A stretch of 58,313 nucleotides of DNA from a virus (lineage: Duplodnaviria > Caudoviricetes). Both the position numbers and the translations under genes were made by a program. Of the stretch, positions 18,341 to 27,358 are shown in pieces. The stretch covers positions 1 to 58,313 of IMG/VR virus record IMGVR_UViG_3300048851_000052; one strand, given 5' to 3'. The stretch's first letter is position 1. Each line of letters begins with the position of its first letter. Below the pieces are notes generated by a model. It was not told where the DNA came from and made no database searches. It saw only the letters and a list, made by a program, of their open reading frames with translations.

Positions 18341-18606
18341 GCAAGACGACTCTTTCAGGAATGGACATCAAGCTCATCCTTTCGGACGTCCTCCCGGCCC
18401 GCACGATGGTTGTCAGCCCTGACCTTTACGACTTGCTCGCCAACGATGGTGAGGCCGCGAAGAAGGCGACTGTGGACGTTATCACCAAGGCAGAAGAGTT
18501 TTCGCGGCTTTTGAAGGCGGCAGAAGCACGTCGTTGCCCGCACGGGCTGCGAATGAACCAGTCCTGCTTTGACTGCATGAGCGTTCTGCATGGAGCGAAG
18601 CCATGA
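18337..18606 (+). CDS. Hypothetical phage protein
   Basis: Coupled ORF with C-terminal CPHG..CFDC. Confidence 0.6.
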   Translation: MSKTTLSGMDIKLILSDVLPARTMVVSPDLYDLLANDGEAAKKATVDVITKAEEFSRLLKAAEARRCPHGLRMNQSCFDCMSVLHGAKP

Positions 18607-18920
18607 GTGCAGACATCCATCAATTCCCCGCATCCCGGACTGCGCACAACCGCCGTGTCGCTTCGGAGCAGGCAAAGCGCAACGTGATCGCCGAGTACCT
18701 GCGCACCTGCGCCGACTGGATTCAAGCCGACGACGTGGAGAGCGAGCCGACAGCAGTGCTGCTCGTCTTCTCCGGCAAGGCTGGCGACGAAGTCGTGTGG
18801 AAGGGCTACGCCGGCAACGCCGAGGTAAGTCTGCGCGATGCGGGCAATGCAGCTCAGGCTCAGGTCAGTTCGTTGTTCAAGCGCCGTGGCGGCAACTTCC
18901 ACGACCGGAGGCACGTATGA
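18603..18920 (+). CDS. Hypothetical phage protein
   Basis: Coupled ORF. Confidence 0.6.
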   Translation: MSADIHQFPASRTAHNRRVASEQAKRNVIAEYLRTCADWIQADDVESEPTAVLLVFSGKAGDEVVWKGYAGNAEVSLRDAGNAAQAQVSSLFKRRGGNFHDRRHV

Positions 18921-19036
18921 GCGCCTCAAAAATCTGGATCTGCATAGCAGCCATCACCCTGGTAGCCGCAGTCGGCACCGGGCACAGAGTTGAGACGGTG
19001 GTGAAGCCGGTGAATCTGCAGGAGGTGTTCCGATGA
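18917..19036 (+). CDS. Small single-TM peptide
   Basis: MSASKIWICIAAITLVAAVG after GGAGG. Confidence 0.5.
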   Translation: MSASKIWICIAAITLVAAVGTGHRVETVVKPVNLQEVFR

Positions 19037-19311
19037 GCATCGAGAAAATGCGGGAAGAGTACAAAAAGCATCGCAGCAGCATCGCGGCGCACTTGATTCA
19101 AGGAGATGACTGGGCGGGAGCGTACCGGCTTGCGGATCAGACCGTTAGCCTAGCAAGTTTTGAGGCCGGCTGGCGCGCCTCCCGCGCCGCGCTGGCGGTC
19201 AACCTGCCCAAGCCCCTCCCATCCGGCGACTACCGCATGACAGTCCCGTTCTACAAGGCGGCAGACGTCATCGAGGCGCTAAGCGCTGTGGGTATTGAGG
19301 TGAAAGTATGA
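19033..19311 (+). CDS. Hypothetical phage protein
   Basis: EKMREEY..GWRASR motif, similar to 18068-18340. Confidence 0.7.
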   Translation: MSIEKMREEYKKHRSSIAAHLIQGDDWAGAYRLADQTVSLASFEAGWRASRAALAVNLPKPLPSGDYRMTVPFYKAADVIEALSAVGIEVKV

Positions 19312-19937
19312 GCGCCATTCAGAAGCTGAAGGCCATTGCCGAAGCCCAGCCTGAGAAGGTTTGGCGCCGGTATGAGGGCGAATCCTCAATGATGACCGGT
19401 GACCGCATGTTCTACGTCGAGGGCGCCGGCAGCGTCGGTTGCTGGGAACATGGTGCGCTGGATCGTATATCGGTCGCGTACATCGAGGCAGCGTGCCCTG
19501 CCGCAGTGCTGGAGCTGATCGCCCAGACCGAAGAAGACGCCATGCACATGCGGGCTTTCGGCGAAGTTATGCGCTCGCAGGCCCAGCAGATTGAACAGCT
19601 CAAGGCCGAAAACGAACGCCTCCAGCGCTTCGAGACCGCCTACAAGGAGTTCAGCGACAAGACGGAGTGGGTTCGCCCGAACGCCGCAGCTCACGAATTG
19701 GGCATGCACGTCGCCGACATCCTCAAGCGCTGCGACGATCTGACTTCGCACAATCAGGCGCAGGCGGAGGAGATCGTGCGGCTGCGCAAGGATGCAGCCC
19801 GTCTTGATCGGCTGGACAGAGAGTGTGAGGCCTACGGGACTGAAGTCCACGAGGGAAACCGCTGGGTGCTGGATGGCCCGTTCGCAACCGTGCGCGATGC
19901 GATCGACGCAGGCATGGAACAGGAGCAGCAGTCATGA
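19308..19937 (+). CDS. Ead/Ea22-like protein
   Basis: AYIEAACPAAVLELI motif followed by a coiled coil. Confidence 0.7.
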   Translation: MSAIQKLKAIAEAQPEKVWRRYEGESSMMTGDRMFYVEGAGSVGCWEHGALDRISVAYIEAACPAAVLELIAQTEEDAMHMRAFGEVMRSQAQQIEQLKAENERLQRFETAYKEFSDKTEWVRPNAAAHELGMHVADILKRCDDLTSHNQAQAEEIVRLRKDAARLDRLDRECEAYGTEVHEGNRWVLDGPFATVRDAIDAGMEQEQQS

Positions 19938-20113
19938 ATCCGCTCGATGCGAAAGTTTTGGATTACCTACGCACCGTGAACGGCTGCACCGCGTGGGTCA
20001 TGAGCGGCCGGGTAAAGACAACCCGCGAAGAGGTCAGCAAAGCCTGCCAGCGTTTGAAGCGCAAGGGCCTGATAGCTGCCAACGGAAGCTACTGGCAGGC
20101 GGTGAAGCCATGA
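19934..20113 (+). CDS. Small winged-helix protein (59 aa)
   Basis: LDAKVLDYL..VSKACQRLKRKGLI..W. Confidence 0.6.
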   Translation: MNPLDAKVLDYLRTVNGCTAWVMSGRVKTTREEVSKACQRLKRKGLIAANGSYWQAVKP

Positions 20114-20195
20114 CCTGGTCCCAACTCAAAACCCTACTGAATAACTCAAAGGTTCATTCCGACGGCCGTGAGACGTACTGGTTTGGGGGTGCGCG

Positions 20196-20612
20196 ATGAC
20201 AGAGATTGTGATGCGCAGCCGTGACGACACCAGCCGCCTGCTGGGCCTGCTGCACGGTACGGACTTCACCAAGCCGAAGAAGATCGTCATCAAGGATCTG
20301 GACCGCAGCTCGGATCAGAACCGCCTGCTGCACAAACTGCTCACGCAAGTATCCGAGCAAGTCCTCTGGCACGGCCAAAAGCTCTCAGTCGTCGTATGGA
20401 AGCGTTTGTGCACCGCAGCATGGCTCAGGGAGGACGGGCACTCGCCGATGCTGGTGCCGGCTCTGGACGGGCACGGTATCGACATGATCTTCGAACACAC
20501 GTCGCAGTTGAGCGTGAAGCAGTGCGCCAGTTTGATCACCTGGATCGAGGCTTTCGGGTCTCAGCAGGGCGTCAAGTGGTCAGCGCAAGATCATTGGGAT
20601 GGCCGGTACTGA
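20196..20612 (+). CDS. ninB: NinB/Orf-family recombination protein
   Basis: RSSDQNRLLH..WHGQKLS..WK..TSQLSVKQ..IEAFG..GVKW. Confidence 0.88.
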   Translation: MTEIVMRSRDDTSRLLGLLHGTDFTKPKKIVIKDLDRSSDQNRLLHKLLTQVSEQVLWHGQKLSVVVWKRLCTAAWLREDGHSPMLVPALDGHGIDMIFEHTSQLSVKQCASLITWIEAFGSQQGVKWSAQDHWDGRY

Positions 20613-20908
20613 TGAGCAATCAATTCAAGTCGGGTGATCTGGCGATAATCATAGGCGGGCCTAACACCGGTTCCTGCGTCGAGTTGATTTCCTTCCATGC
20701 GTCCGGCGATGTGCGGATGAGTAGCGGCTGCTGGACAAGAGCTGACGTTCCTTCGTGGAAAGTTACAGGCCCAAGCCTAACAGCGCGATTGGAGGGTATC
20801 CCCGGCCGGTACAAGGTGGCTCAGGGGCTCATATGTCAGAGCCTCTTGATGCCACTGCGCGGCGACTTCGCGCCTGAGAAAGCCGAGTCCCGCGAGGTGC
20901 CAGCATGA
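20612..20908 (+). CDS. Hypothetical phage protein
   Basis: FKSGDLAIII..LMPLRGDF motif family. Confidence 0.65.
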   Translation: MSNQFKSGDLAIIIGGPNTGSCVELISFHASGDVRMSSGCWTRADVPSWKVTGPSLTARLEGIPGRYKVAQGLICQSLLMPLRGDFAPEKAESREVPA

Positions 20909-20999
20909 AGACCATTAAGGCCCTCATCAGGCTCGCAGCGATTCTGCTCGAGCACGGCTACAGCTCGAATCCTGCCGCTCATCAGTTCGGAGGTGGCCT

Positions 21000-21302
21000 G
21001 TGAAGCAGACAAAGCTCAGGAAGGCCGCCCGTGGCCGCGACTGTCAGATACGCATTCCGGGTGTCTGCAACGGCAACCCGGAGACCACCATCCTCGCTCA
21101 CTACCGAATGGCGGGTACCCGCAGCGGAATGGGCATCAAGCCGAACGACCTGCAGGGCGCCTGGGCGTGCTCTGCCTGCCATGACTGCGTGGACGGCCGG
21201 GTCAAGACCGAATTCAACCACCACGAACTCCGCATGATGCATCTCGAAGGCATGGTGCGGACCATCGACATCCTCGTCAGCGAAGGGAAGGTAGCCGCAT
21301 GA
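21000..21302 (+). CDS. DUF1364 (YbcO-like) putative nuclease
   Basis: LRKAARGRDCQIRIPGVCNGNPETTILAH..ACSACHD. Confidence 0.9.
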   Translation: MKQTKLRKAARGRDCQIRIPGVCNGNPETTILAHYRMAGTRSGMGIKPNDLQGAWACSACHDCVDGRVKTEFNHHELRMMHLEGMVRTIDILVSEGKVAA

Positions 21303-21520
21303 GCGTTCTGAATCTGAAGTTCACCAAGGGCGCGCCACAAGCATTGCTGCCGGGGATGGTTATCCGGTGCCGCGGTGAGATGGTTCTGATCGGCACCCAC
21401 ACACCGCCTTCCATTGTCCGGGTGATTCTGGCCGAGGCCGAAGAATGGGCAGAAGCAATTCCGGCGTACACGCTGGACTGGCTGAACGATATGGGCGTGC
21501 CAGCCAAGGCGGTGTCGTGA
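21299..21520 (+). CDS. Hypothetical phage protein
   Basis: Coupled ORF. Confidence 0.55.
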   Translation: MSVLNLKFTKGAPQALLPGMVIRCRGEMVLIGTHTPPSIVRVILAEAEEWAEAIPAYTLDWLNDMGVPAKAVS

Positions 21521-21690
21521 TGGATTCTGCGAAGGGGAAGCCCTGCCCATGGTGCAAGTCGCCGCTATCCGACATTGCCAGTCAGTTCGTTCGTCTCTGC
21601 ACCGGCTGCCACAACGAATGGGAGTGGAAGCTCGACGATGGCCAGGCACCTTTGATCACGGAGTCCAGGGATCGAGGGTTGCAGTCATGA
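21520..21690 (+). CDS. Small zinc-ribbon protein
   Basis: CPWC...CTGC. Confidence 0.55.
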   Translation: MDSAKGKPCPWCKSPLSDIASQFVRLCTGCHNEWEWKLDDGQAPLITESRDRGLQS

Positions 21691-22061
21691 GCGCACCCGA
21701 GGAGCTGCTGGCACTGCACATGCGCGCTCACAAGCTGGAGGTCGAGCCAGAGTATCGGTTTGGCGCTATCGCAGCTGGCGGGCCGGGCAAAGGTCTACGC
21801 GAGCGGCTGAAGGCGTCCGGGTTGCGTGACTGGCGCTTCGACTTCGCCTTACCGGCTCACAAGCTGGCAGTTGAGGTTGAGGGAGGCGGATGGACTGGCG
21901 GCCGTCACACGCGCGGAACCGGATTCGCCGAAGACATGAAGAAGTACGACGCGGCGATGCGTCTGGGCTGGACGATCTACCGGTGTGACCCGGCGATGGT
22001 CAAGTCGGGCAGGGCGATTGAAACCATCAAGTTGATCATCGAAATGAGGGCGGTAGCATGA
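21687..22061 (+). CDS. PD-(D/E)xK endonuclease (DUF559-like), possible resolvase
   Basis: EYRF..WRFDFA..LAVEVEGG..GRH..DMKKY..GW. Confidence 0.85.
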   Translation: MSAPEELLALHMRAHKLEVEPEYRFGAIAAGGPGKGLRERLKASGLRDWRFDFALPAHKLAVEVEGGGWTGGRHTRGTGFAEDMKKYDAAMRLGWTIYRCDPAMVKSGRAIETIKLIIEMRAVA

Positions 22062-22735
22062 GACTTATCGGAGCACGTCAGGCCTGGACAGACGCACAGC
22101 ACGAATCAAACGCCTCCATCAGCGCGGTCGCAATTGCCAAGGCTGAGTCGGCGCCGATCAAGAAGGGTCAGCGGATGCGCAGGCATGAGGCCGTCTTCGC
22201 GGCGTTGGGCGATGAAAAGGAAGAGCGCATCAAAGTGGTCCGCCAGCGAATCAGCATCAGTGAGACCCGCGGCGCGCCCATTGGCCGCTCAACTGCCAGG
22301 GCAGCTCACCTGACCATGATCGGAAAGGTGCTGCGCGCCATCGACACACTGCCGTTCCAGGTGCAGCAGCTTGGCCACTTCCTGTACCACCCCTGCATGA
22401 CCATGCAGCACGTCATGAACGCGGTGCTGATCATCCAGGCCAAGGCGGCGTTGCCTGACCTGACATCGGCTAAGCGCGTGAAGGCCCAGTATCTGGTCAC
22501 CATGGCGCTGCAGTCCTACAAGGGTGAAGTAACCGGTGCGGCAGAATGGGGGCCGGCGAGGGTTGCTGCTGAGATGCACGCCTTCTTCGGGGTAACGATC
22601 GAGCCAAAGCACTGGAATCGTGACTGGCTGGATCTGTGGGAGCAACTCAAGGCCGTGATCCATGAAGTGGATATTCAGGCTCAACAGCCGGTATGGCAGG
22701 TAATTCACGCGGAAAAAGAGGAAAACGCAGCATAA
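22058..22735 (+). CDS. Probable late antiterminator (Q analogue)
   Basis: Last nin-region gene, directly followed by a strong promoter and a terminator. Confidence 0.6.
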   Translation: MRLIGARQAWTDAQHESNASISAVAIAKAESAPIKKGQRMRRHEAVFAALGDEKEERIKVVRQRISISETRGAPIGRSTARAAHLTMIGKVLRAIDTLPFQVQQLGHFLYHPCMTMQHVMNAVLIIQAKAALPDLTSAKRVKAQYLVTMALQSYKGEVTGAAEWGPARVAAEMHAFFGVTIEPKHWNRDWLDLWEQLKAVIHEVDIQAQQPVWQVIHAEKEENAA

Positions 22736-22738
22736 ACA

Positions 22739-22767
22739 TTGACATGGTGGGGAATTGACCGTAGATT
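22739..22767 (+). promoter_or_regulatory. Late promoter pR'
   Basis: TTGACA-17 bp-TAGATT. Confidence 0.8.
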
Positions 22768-22808
22768 TCCCATAGTGCGCAACTCTCCACCGACGCACGC
22801 AGATCTCT

Positions 22809-22834
22809 AACCCGGCCACTGAGCCGGGTTTTTT
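22809..22834 (+). terminator. tR'-like terminator
   Basis: AACCCGGC/GCCGGGTT hairpin plus T-run. Confidence 0.8.
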
Positions 22835-22978
22835 GTGTCCACAGTTTCCCCAAACCCTCGGAACCTCTGATCGTCACGTTCAGCGAGGGCCTCATTCGCA
22901 CCTGCTCCTCCTTGGCCTACTCCAATGGGCCTTTTTTACAACTGCCTATTCTTCAAATCATTCAATTGAGGTTGCTCC

Positions 22979-23449
22979 ATGCCCACAGTATTTGTGTCTG
23001 GCTTAGAGATAACCTTGGATGAAGAAGATCTTGGGCTTCTGTCCGAACCCGGATGGCGCGTGATGAATGTAAATGGGTTGCCCTACGTCTTCCGCAATGT
23101 CAGTAAGAGAAGAGGGACCCCTAACCAGCTATTCCATAGGGCCATTATGAATTGCCCCGAAGGTATGCTTATTGATCACAAAAACGGCCTGACGCTCGAT
23201 TGCCGAAAGGAAAATCTGAGGATATGTACGCATGCTCAGAACATGAGAAATCGGAAGATGAGCAAAGCGAACAGATGTGGATTCAAAGGAGTCCACGAGG
23301 ACTGCAGAACTCCCGGAGTTTTCATCGCCCAGATCAAGTTTGAAGGCAAACGATATCGGCTCGGCAGGTTCAAGGATCCAGCGGAAGCTCACGCTGCCTA
23401 CTGCGTAGCCGCAACGAAATATCACGGCGAGTTCGCTCGGACCGCCTAG
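22979..23449 (+). CDS. HNH-AP2 homing endonuclease
   Basis: HRAIM..IDHKNG..ENLR..N..N HNH domain; GFKGV..AQI..LGRF..EA..AY AP2 domain. Confidence 0.9.
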   Translation: MPTVFVSGLEITLDEEDLGLLSEPGWRVMNVNGLPYVFRNVSKRRGTPNQLFHRAIMNCPEGMLIDHKNGLTLDCRKENLRICTHAQNMRNRKMSKANRCGFKGVHEDCRTPGVFIAQIKFEGKRYRLGRFKDPAEAHAAYCVAATKYHGEFARTA

Positions 23450-23466
23450 AGAAATTTGGAATCCCC

Positions 23467-23775
23467 ATGACAGACGTATCCCGCATCGCTGACAGCACGG
23501 TGTTCAAAATCGTCGTGCCTGTCCTGCAGACTGTCCTGTCTGCCGCTGCGATCGGTGCGTTCGTCTATGTCGTGGGCTCGCTCTCGACGCTTCAAGCCTC
23601 GCTCAACAGCTACCAGACAAGCCAGGCTCTCCTGACCCAGCGCGTCGACTCCCTTGAGCGATCCCGCGAGTCCGGTGACAAGTTCATCGACACGCTGCGC
23701 ACCTCAGACCAAAAGCAAGACTACCGCCTTGATTCCATCACAGAGATGGTCAAGAGCTTCGGGCGGCCAAAGTGA
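23467..23775 (+). CDS. Membrane-anchored coiled-coil protein, putative i-spanin
   Basis: One N-terminal TM then a coiled coil; overlaps a lipoprotein gene. Confidence 0.55.
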   Translation: MTDVSRIADSTVFKIVVPVLQTVLSAAAIGAFVYVVGSLSTLQASLNSYQTSQALLTQRVDSLERSRESGDKFIDTLRTSDQKQDYRLDSITEMVKSFGRPK

Positions 23776-24020
23776 GGTGCGCCCTGGTAGTTGTGCTGAT
23801 GCTTGCCGGGTGCGCTCAGCAGGACGCAGTGACACCGCCACCGACCGAGCACAAGACGACGGTGTTCCGGTTCACGTCTGCGCCGTCGGTGTGTCCTGAG
23901 CCTGAATCGCCCAAGGCAGCGCTGAAACGCATGACGAAGAGTCGCGACGAATGGAAGCAGTACGCCGAAAGCCTCGAAAAACTCCTACCTGCGGAAGCAA
24001 CCAATGGCACTCATCCCTGA
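23772..24020 (+). CDS. Lipoprotein, putative o-spanin
   Basis: Lipobox LAGC followed by a Pro-rich segment. Confidence 0.6.
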   Translation: MRCALVVVLMLAGCAQQDAVTPPPTEHKTTVFRFTSAPSVCPEPESPKAALKRMTKSRDEWKQYAESLEKLLPAEATNGTHP

Positions 24021-24219
24021 ATGGCGGAAGGCCTGGAAGCTGACCAGTGTCCAGATCGCCGCCGTGGGTGCCGCGCTTAATGCGGCGGCGGTGGGGTGGC
24101 TGCTGTTTCAGGGTTCGGTGCATCCGCTGCTGTTCGCTAGCGTGAACATGGCCCTTGGCATCGGTGTCGCTGTATCGCGGGTGGTGCAACAGCCAGAGCT
24201 GCACAAGCCGGAAGATTAA
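24004..24219 (+). CDS. Putative holin (2 TM)
   Basis: LIPEWRKAWKLTSVQ..two hydrophobic helices..RVVQQPEL. Confidence 0.7.
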   Translation: MALIPEWRKAWKLTSVQIAAVGAALNAAAVGWLLFQGSVHPLLFASVNMALGIGVAVSRVVQQPELHKPED

Positions 24220-24228
24220 AGATTCAAT

Positions 24229-24327
24229 GGGGTCGTAGCTCAGCGGTAGAGCGCCAGGACTTAGGCATGTTCTCGAGAGTGCCGAAAGACTGCCTGGATG
24301 TCGGAGGTTTGAATCCTCCCGACCCCC
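24229..24327 (+). ncRNA. tRNA-like RNA with a 34-nt insert in place of the anticodon loop
   Basis: Acceptor GGGGTCG/CGACCCC, D-arm GCTC-AGCGGTA-GAGC, CCAGG/CCTGG stem, T-arm GGAGG-TTTGAAT-CCTCC; no encoded CCA. Confidence 0.8.
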
Positions 24328-24498
24328 GCTTACTGGAAGGCCGAGAGGCAGAACTAAAACGAGGCGCCGGTGCGCGCCTACCTGTCGAACGAACGACCTG
24401 GCGCGCAGGGTAATCAGTCGGCAGGGAACCAGTAGGGCAAGAGCAAATAACTCGCGCCACGAATTCAGATGCGCCCGTTTCGTGGCGCGGAGTAACTC

Positions 24499-24960
24499 AT
24501 GACGACCATCGCCTACAAAAACGGCGTGATCGCCTATGACTCTCGCCGCACATGTGATGGAAGAATCGTAACTGACAGGGCAGACAAAAAGCGTGAGCGC
24601 GATGGGCATGTTTTCTTCGGCTCTGGATCGACCTCGGACATTCTCAGCCTGATGGATGCCTTCTTCGGCGCAAAGATCGAGGGAGAGTGTGACGCCCAGG
24701 TCATCGTCGTCCACGATGGACATGTCACGGAAATCATCTGGACTGAGGGCCGACTGTTCAAATACCCGGTCGACCATGAATACGCAATCGGTAGCGGGTC
24801 GGACAACGCCATCACCGCCATGGACATGGGTGCGACTGCTGCTGAGGCAGTGGAGATGGCGATGAAGCGAGACACGGCAACTGGTGGGCAGGTTAGGACG
24901 CTGCTGGTAAGAGGAGGCAATACTGATGATTCGCCCCCATCCTCCCAATGCACTGCTTGA
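24499..24960 (+). CDS. HslV/proteasome-beta-like Ntn-hydrolase
   Basis: N-terminal MTTIA..DSR; AIGSGS..A..AM..GA.A.EAV..A..RD..TGG. Confidence 0.85.
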   Translation: MTTIAYKNGVIAYDSRRTCDGRIVTDRADKKRERDGHVFFGSGSTSDILSLMDAFFGAKIEGECDAQVIVVHDGHVTEIIWTEGRLFKYPVDHEYAIGSGSDNAITAMDMGATAAEAVEMAMKRDTATGGQVRTLLVRGGNTDDSPPSSQCTA

Positions 24961-25549
24961 GCTGTCGGAACTCTCCATGCTCGGCATTCGGCTAACGCCT
25001 GCGCCAGATGTATGGGAGTGGATCACCGAGCAGATCCTCGCCGACACCGGCAGCATCCACAACCCTGACCACGCTCACCTGATCGATGCGCCTATTCGCA
25101 TCCTGTGGGCATCATCTGCCTTCGAGAAACAGGGCCGCACGGTGCTGGGGCAAGCCGAACAGGTCGCTTTCCGTGCAGGGGGATGGCAGAAGGCACGACA
25201 GGAGCAGCAGATGCTCGACTGGTTCGGTGAGGTGCCGACCTTCCTCATTACCCTGGCTGCCGATTACTGCGCTGATTGCAGTGACGCTGACTTCTGCGCA
25301 CTGGTGGAGCACGAGCTTTACCACATTGCTCAGAAGCTCGACGCGTATGGCGCACCCAAGTTCACCCAGGACGGACTGCCAAGCCTGACGCTGCGCGGTC
25401 ACGATGTTGAAGAGTTCGTCGGAGTGGTTCGCCGCTACGGTGCGAGCCCTGACGTTCAAGCGTTGGTGGATGCAGCAAACAAACCCGCTGAGGTGGGGAA
25501 ACTGAATATTTCGAGGGCCTGCGGAACCTGTCTGCTCAAGTCCGCCTGA
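24926..25549 (+). CDS. Phage putative metallopeptidase
   Basis: ALVEHELYH (HExxH) and HDVEEF..VVRRYG. Confidence 0.85.
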   Translation: MIRPHPPNALLELSELSMLGIRLTPAPDVWEWITEQILADTGSIHNPDHAHLIDAPIRILWASSAFEKQGRTVLGQAEQVAFRAGGWQKARQEQQMLDWFGEVPTFLITLAADYCADCSDADFCALVEHELYHIAQKLDAYGAPKFTQDGLPSLTLRGHDVEEFVGVVRRYGASPDVQALVDAANKPAEVGKLNISRACGTCLLKSA

Positions 25550-25581
25550 CTTCATGACAGGTTATGACGGGTGGCAAACAT

Positions 25582-26058
25582 ATGGCAGTACTCCAAAGCG
25601 AGGTCAAAGTCTTCATCGTGCAGGCTCTAGCCTGCTTTGATACTCCCTCCCAGGTGGTGGCCCAGGTCAAGACGGAATTTGGCATTGAGTTGAGCCGTCA
25701 GCAGTGTGAATCGCACGACCCAACAAAGTTCGCCGGCCAGAAGCTCGGCAAGAAGTGGGCGGACCTGTTTCATGAGGCCCGCAAGCGATTCCGCGAAGAC
25801 ACCATAGACATCCCGATCGCCAATAGAGCCTATCGCCTACGTGCGCTTGGGCGGATGGCTGAGCGGGCAGAGAACATGAAGAACATGGCGTTGACTGCTC
25901 AGCTACTGGAGCAGGCCGCCAAAGAGGTCGGCGACGTCTTTGTTAATCGCCGGTTTGAACCTGAAAAGCCGCTGGGCTCCCAGTCCGATCAGCAGCACGC
26001 GGTCGCTGAGTACAAACTGGAGCCTGACGAGAATGTCCCAACTACCCCGTACCTTTGA
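25582..26058 (+). CDS. terS: Terminase small subunit (DUF2280)
   Basis: FIVQALACFDTPSQV..DPTK..IPIANRAYRL..EQAAKE. Confidence 0.85.
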   Translation: MAVLQSEVKVFIVQALACFDTPSQVVAQVKTEFGIELSRQQCESHDPTKFAGQKLGKKWADLFHEARKRFREDTIDIPIANRAYRLRALGRMAERAENMKNMALTAQLLEQAAKEVGDVFVNRRFEPEKPLGSQSDQQHAVAEYKLEPDENVPTTPYL

Positions 26059-27358
26059 TGCGCCAGTAAGGCTGACGCCGAAGCAGGCCAACATCTACGT
26101 GTGGGGGTTCCAGCCTCAGGCTCGATTCAGAGATGCGGTGTGTGGACGGCGATTTGGCAAGACCTTCCTCGGCAAAGCGGAGATGCGCCGCGCGGCTCGA
26201 CTGGCTGCGGAGTGGGGCGTAAGCATTGAGGATGAGATCTGGTACGGCGCCCCAACATTCAAACAGGCCAAGCGTGTGTTCTGGCGCCGACTCAAGCAGG
26301 CGATCCCGCAAGCATGGCGCGACCATCGCCCGAATGAGACTGAATGCTCGATCACATTGAAGTCTGGCCACGTCATGCGCGTGGTGGGGCTCGATAACTA
26401 CGACAACCTGCGCGGCTCCGGCTTGTTCTTTGTGCTGGTGGATGAATGGGCCGACTGCCCATGGGCGGCTTGGGAGGAAGTGCTGCGGCCGATGCTGTCG
26501 ACCTGTCAGTACACGTTACCAAGCGGAGAGACGCGTAAGGGTGGCCATGCGCTGCGGATCGGCACGCCGAAAGGCTTCAACCACTGCTATGACACGTACC
26601 TGGATGGACAGCCAGGCGCTGAGCCAGATCACAAGAGCTGGCAGTACACGTCACTGCAGGGTGGCAACGTTCCGGCCGAGGAATTGGATGCGGCCCGTCG
26701 CAAGATGGACCCGAGAACCTTTCGGCAGGAATACGAAGCTGGGTTCGAGAGTTACTCCGGCGTTGTCTATTACACGTTCAGCCGCACTGAATGCTCGACC
26801 ACCGAGCGCATCAAACCGGGCGAAGCCCTGCATATCGGCATGGACTTCAACGTCATGAAGATGGCTGCGGTGGTCTACGTGGTGCGCGAGGGGCTACCCC
26901 TTGCACTCGATGAGTTTCATTCGGTCCGCGATACGCCAGAGATGATCGAGAAGATCCAGGCCCGATTCCAAGGGCACAGCATTGCGGTGTATCCGGATGC
27001 CAGCGGCCAGAACACCAGCAGCAAGAATGCGAGCGAGTCCGACCTGTCCCTGCTGCGAAAAGCGGGATTCACCGTCGTTGTCGATTCGACCAACCCCGGC
27101 GTCAAGGATCGGGTGAACGCCCTGAATGCTGTGCTCCTGAACACATACGGCGAGCGGCGGCTGAAGGTCAATACTGATCAGTGCCCGCAGCTCACGCTCT
27201 GCCTGGAGCGCCAGACCTACACCAACAAAGGTGAGCCGGACAAAGATCCGAAGAAAGGTCACGACCACATGAACGACGCGGCTGGCTACTTCATCGCCAA
27301 GCGCTACCCGATCAAAACCCAAACCGCCGGCGTCCGCCGTATTGGAGGATTGGCCTGA
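26033..27358 (+). CDS. terL: Terminase large subunit
   Basis: GRRFGKT Walker A, VLVDE Walker B, GTPKGFN, GMDFN, DHMNDA. Confidence 0.95.
   Translation: MSQLPRTFDAPVRLTPKQANIYVWGFQPQARFRDAVCGRRFGKTFLGKAEMRRAARLAAEWGVSIEDEIWYGAPTFKQAKRVFWRRLKQAIPQAWRDHRPNETECSITLKSGHVMRVVGLDNYDNLRGSGLFFVLVDEWADCPWAAWEEVLRPMLSTCQYTLPSGETRKGGHALRIGTPKGFNHCYDTYLDGQPGAEPDHKSWQYTSLQGGNVPAEELDAARRKMDPRTFRQEYEAGFESYSGVVYYTFSRTECSTTERIKPGEALHIGMDFNVMKMAAVVYVVREGLPLALDEFHSVRDTPEMIEKIQARFQGHSIAVYPDASGQNTSSKNASESDLSLLRKAGFTVVVDSTNPGVKDRVNALNAVLLNTYGERRLKVNTDQCPQLTLCLERQTYTNKGEPDKDPKKGHDHMNDAAGYFIAKRYPIKTQTAGVRRIGGLA

Noticed and set aside
19934-20113. Z-alpha (Z-DNA-binding) domain
   Set aside because: Winged-helix pattern and terminal Trp fit, but the key Asn and Tyr are absent
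24259-24292. Self-splicing or archaeal-type intron in the tRNA-like RNA
   Set aside because: Far too short for group I/II, no clear bulge-helix-bulge, and no obvious excision giving a canonical U33 loop
23872-25062. 396-aa minus-strand ORF
   Set aside because: Opposes the holin, tRNA-like RNA and protease genes; no recognisable motif
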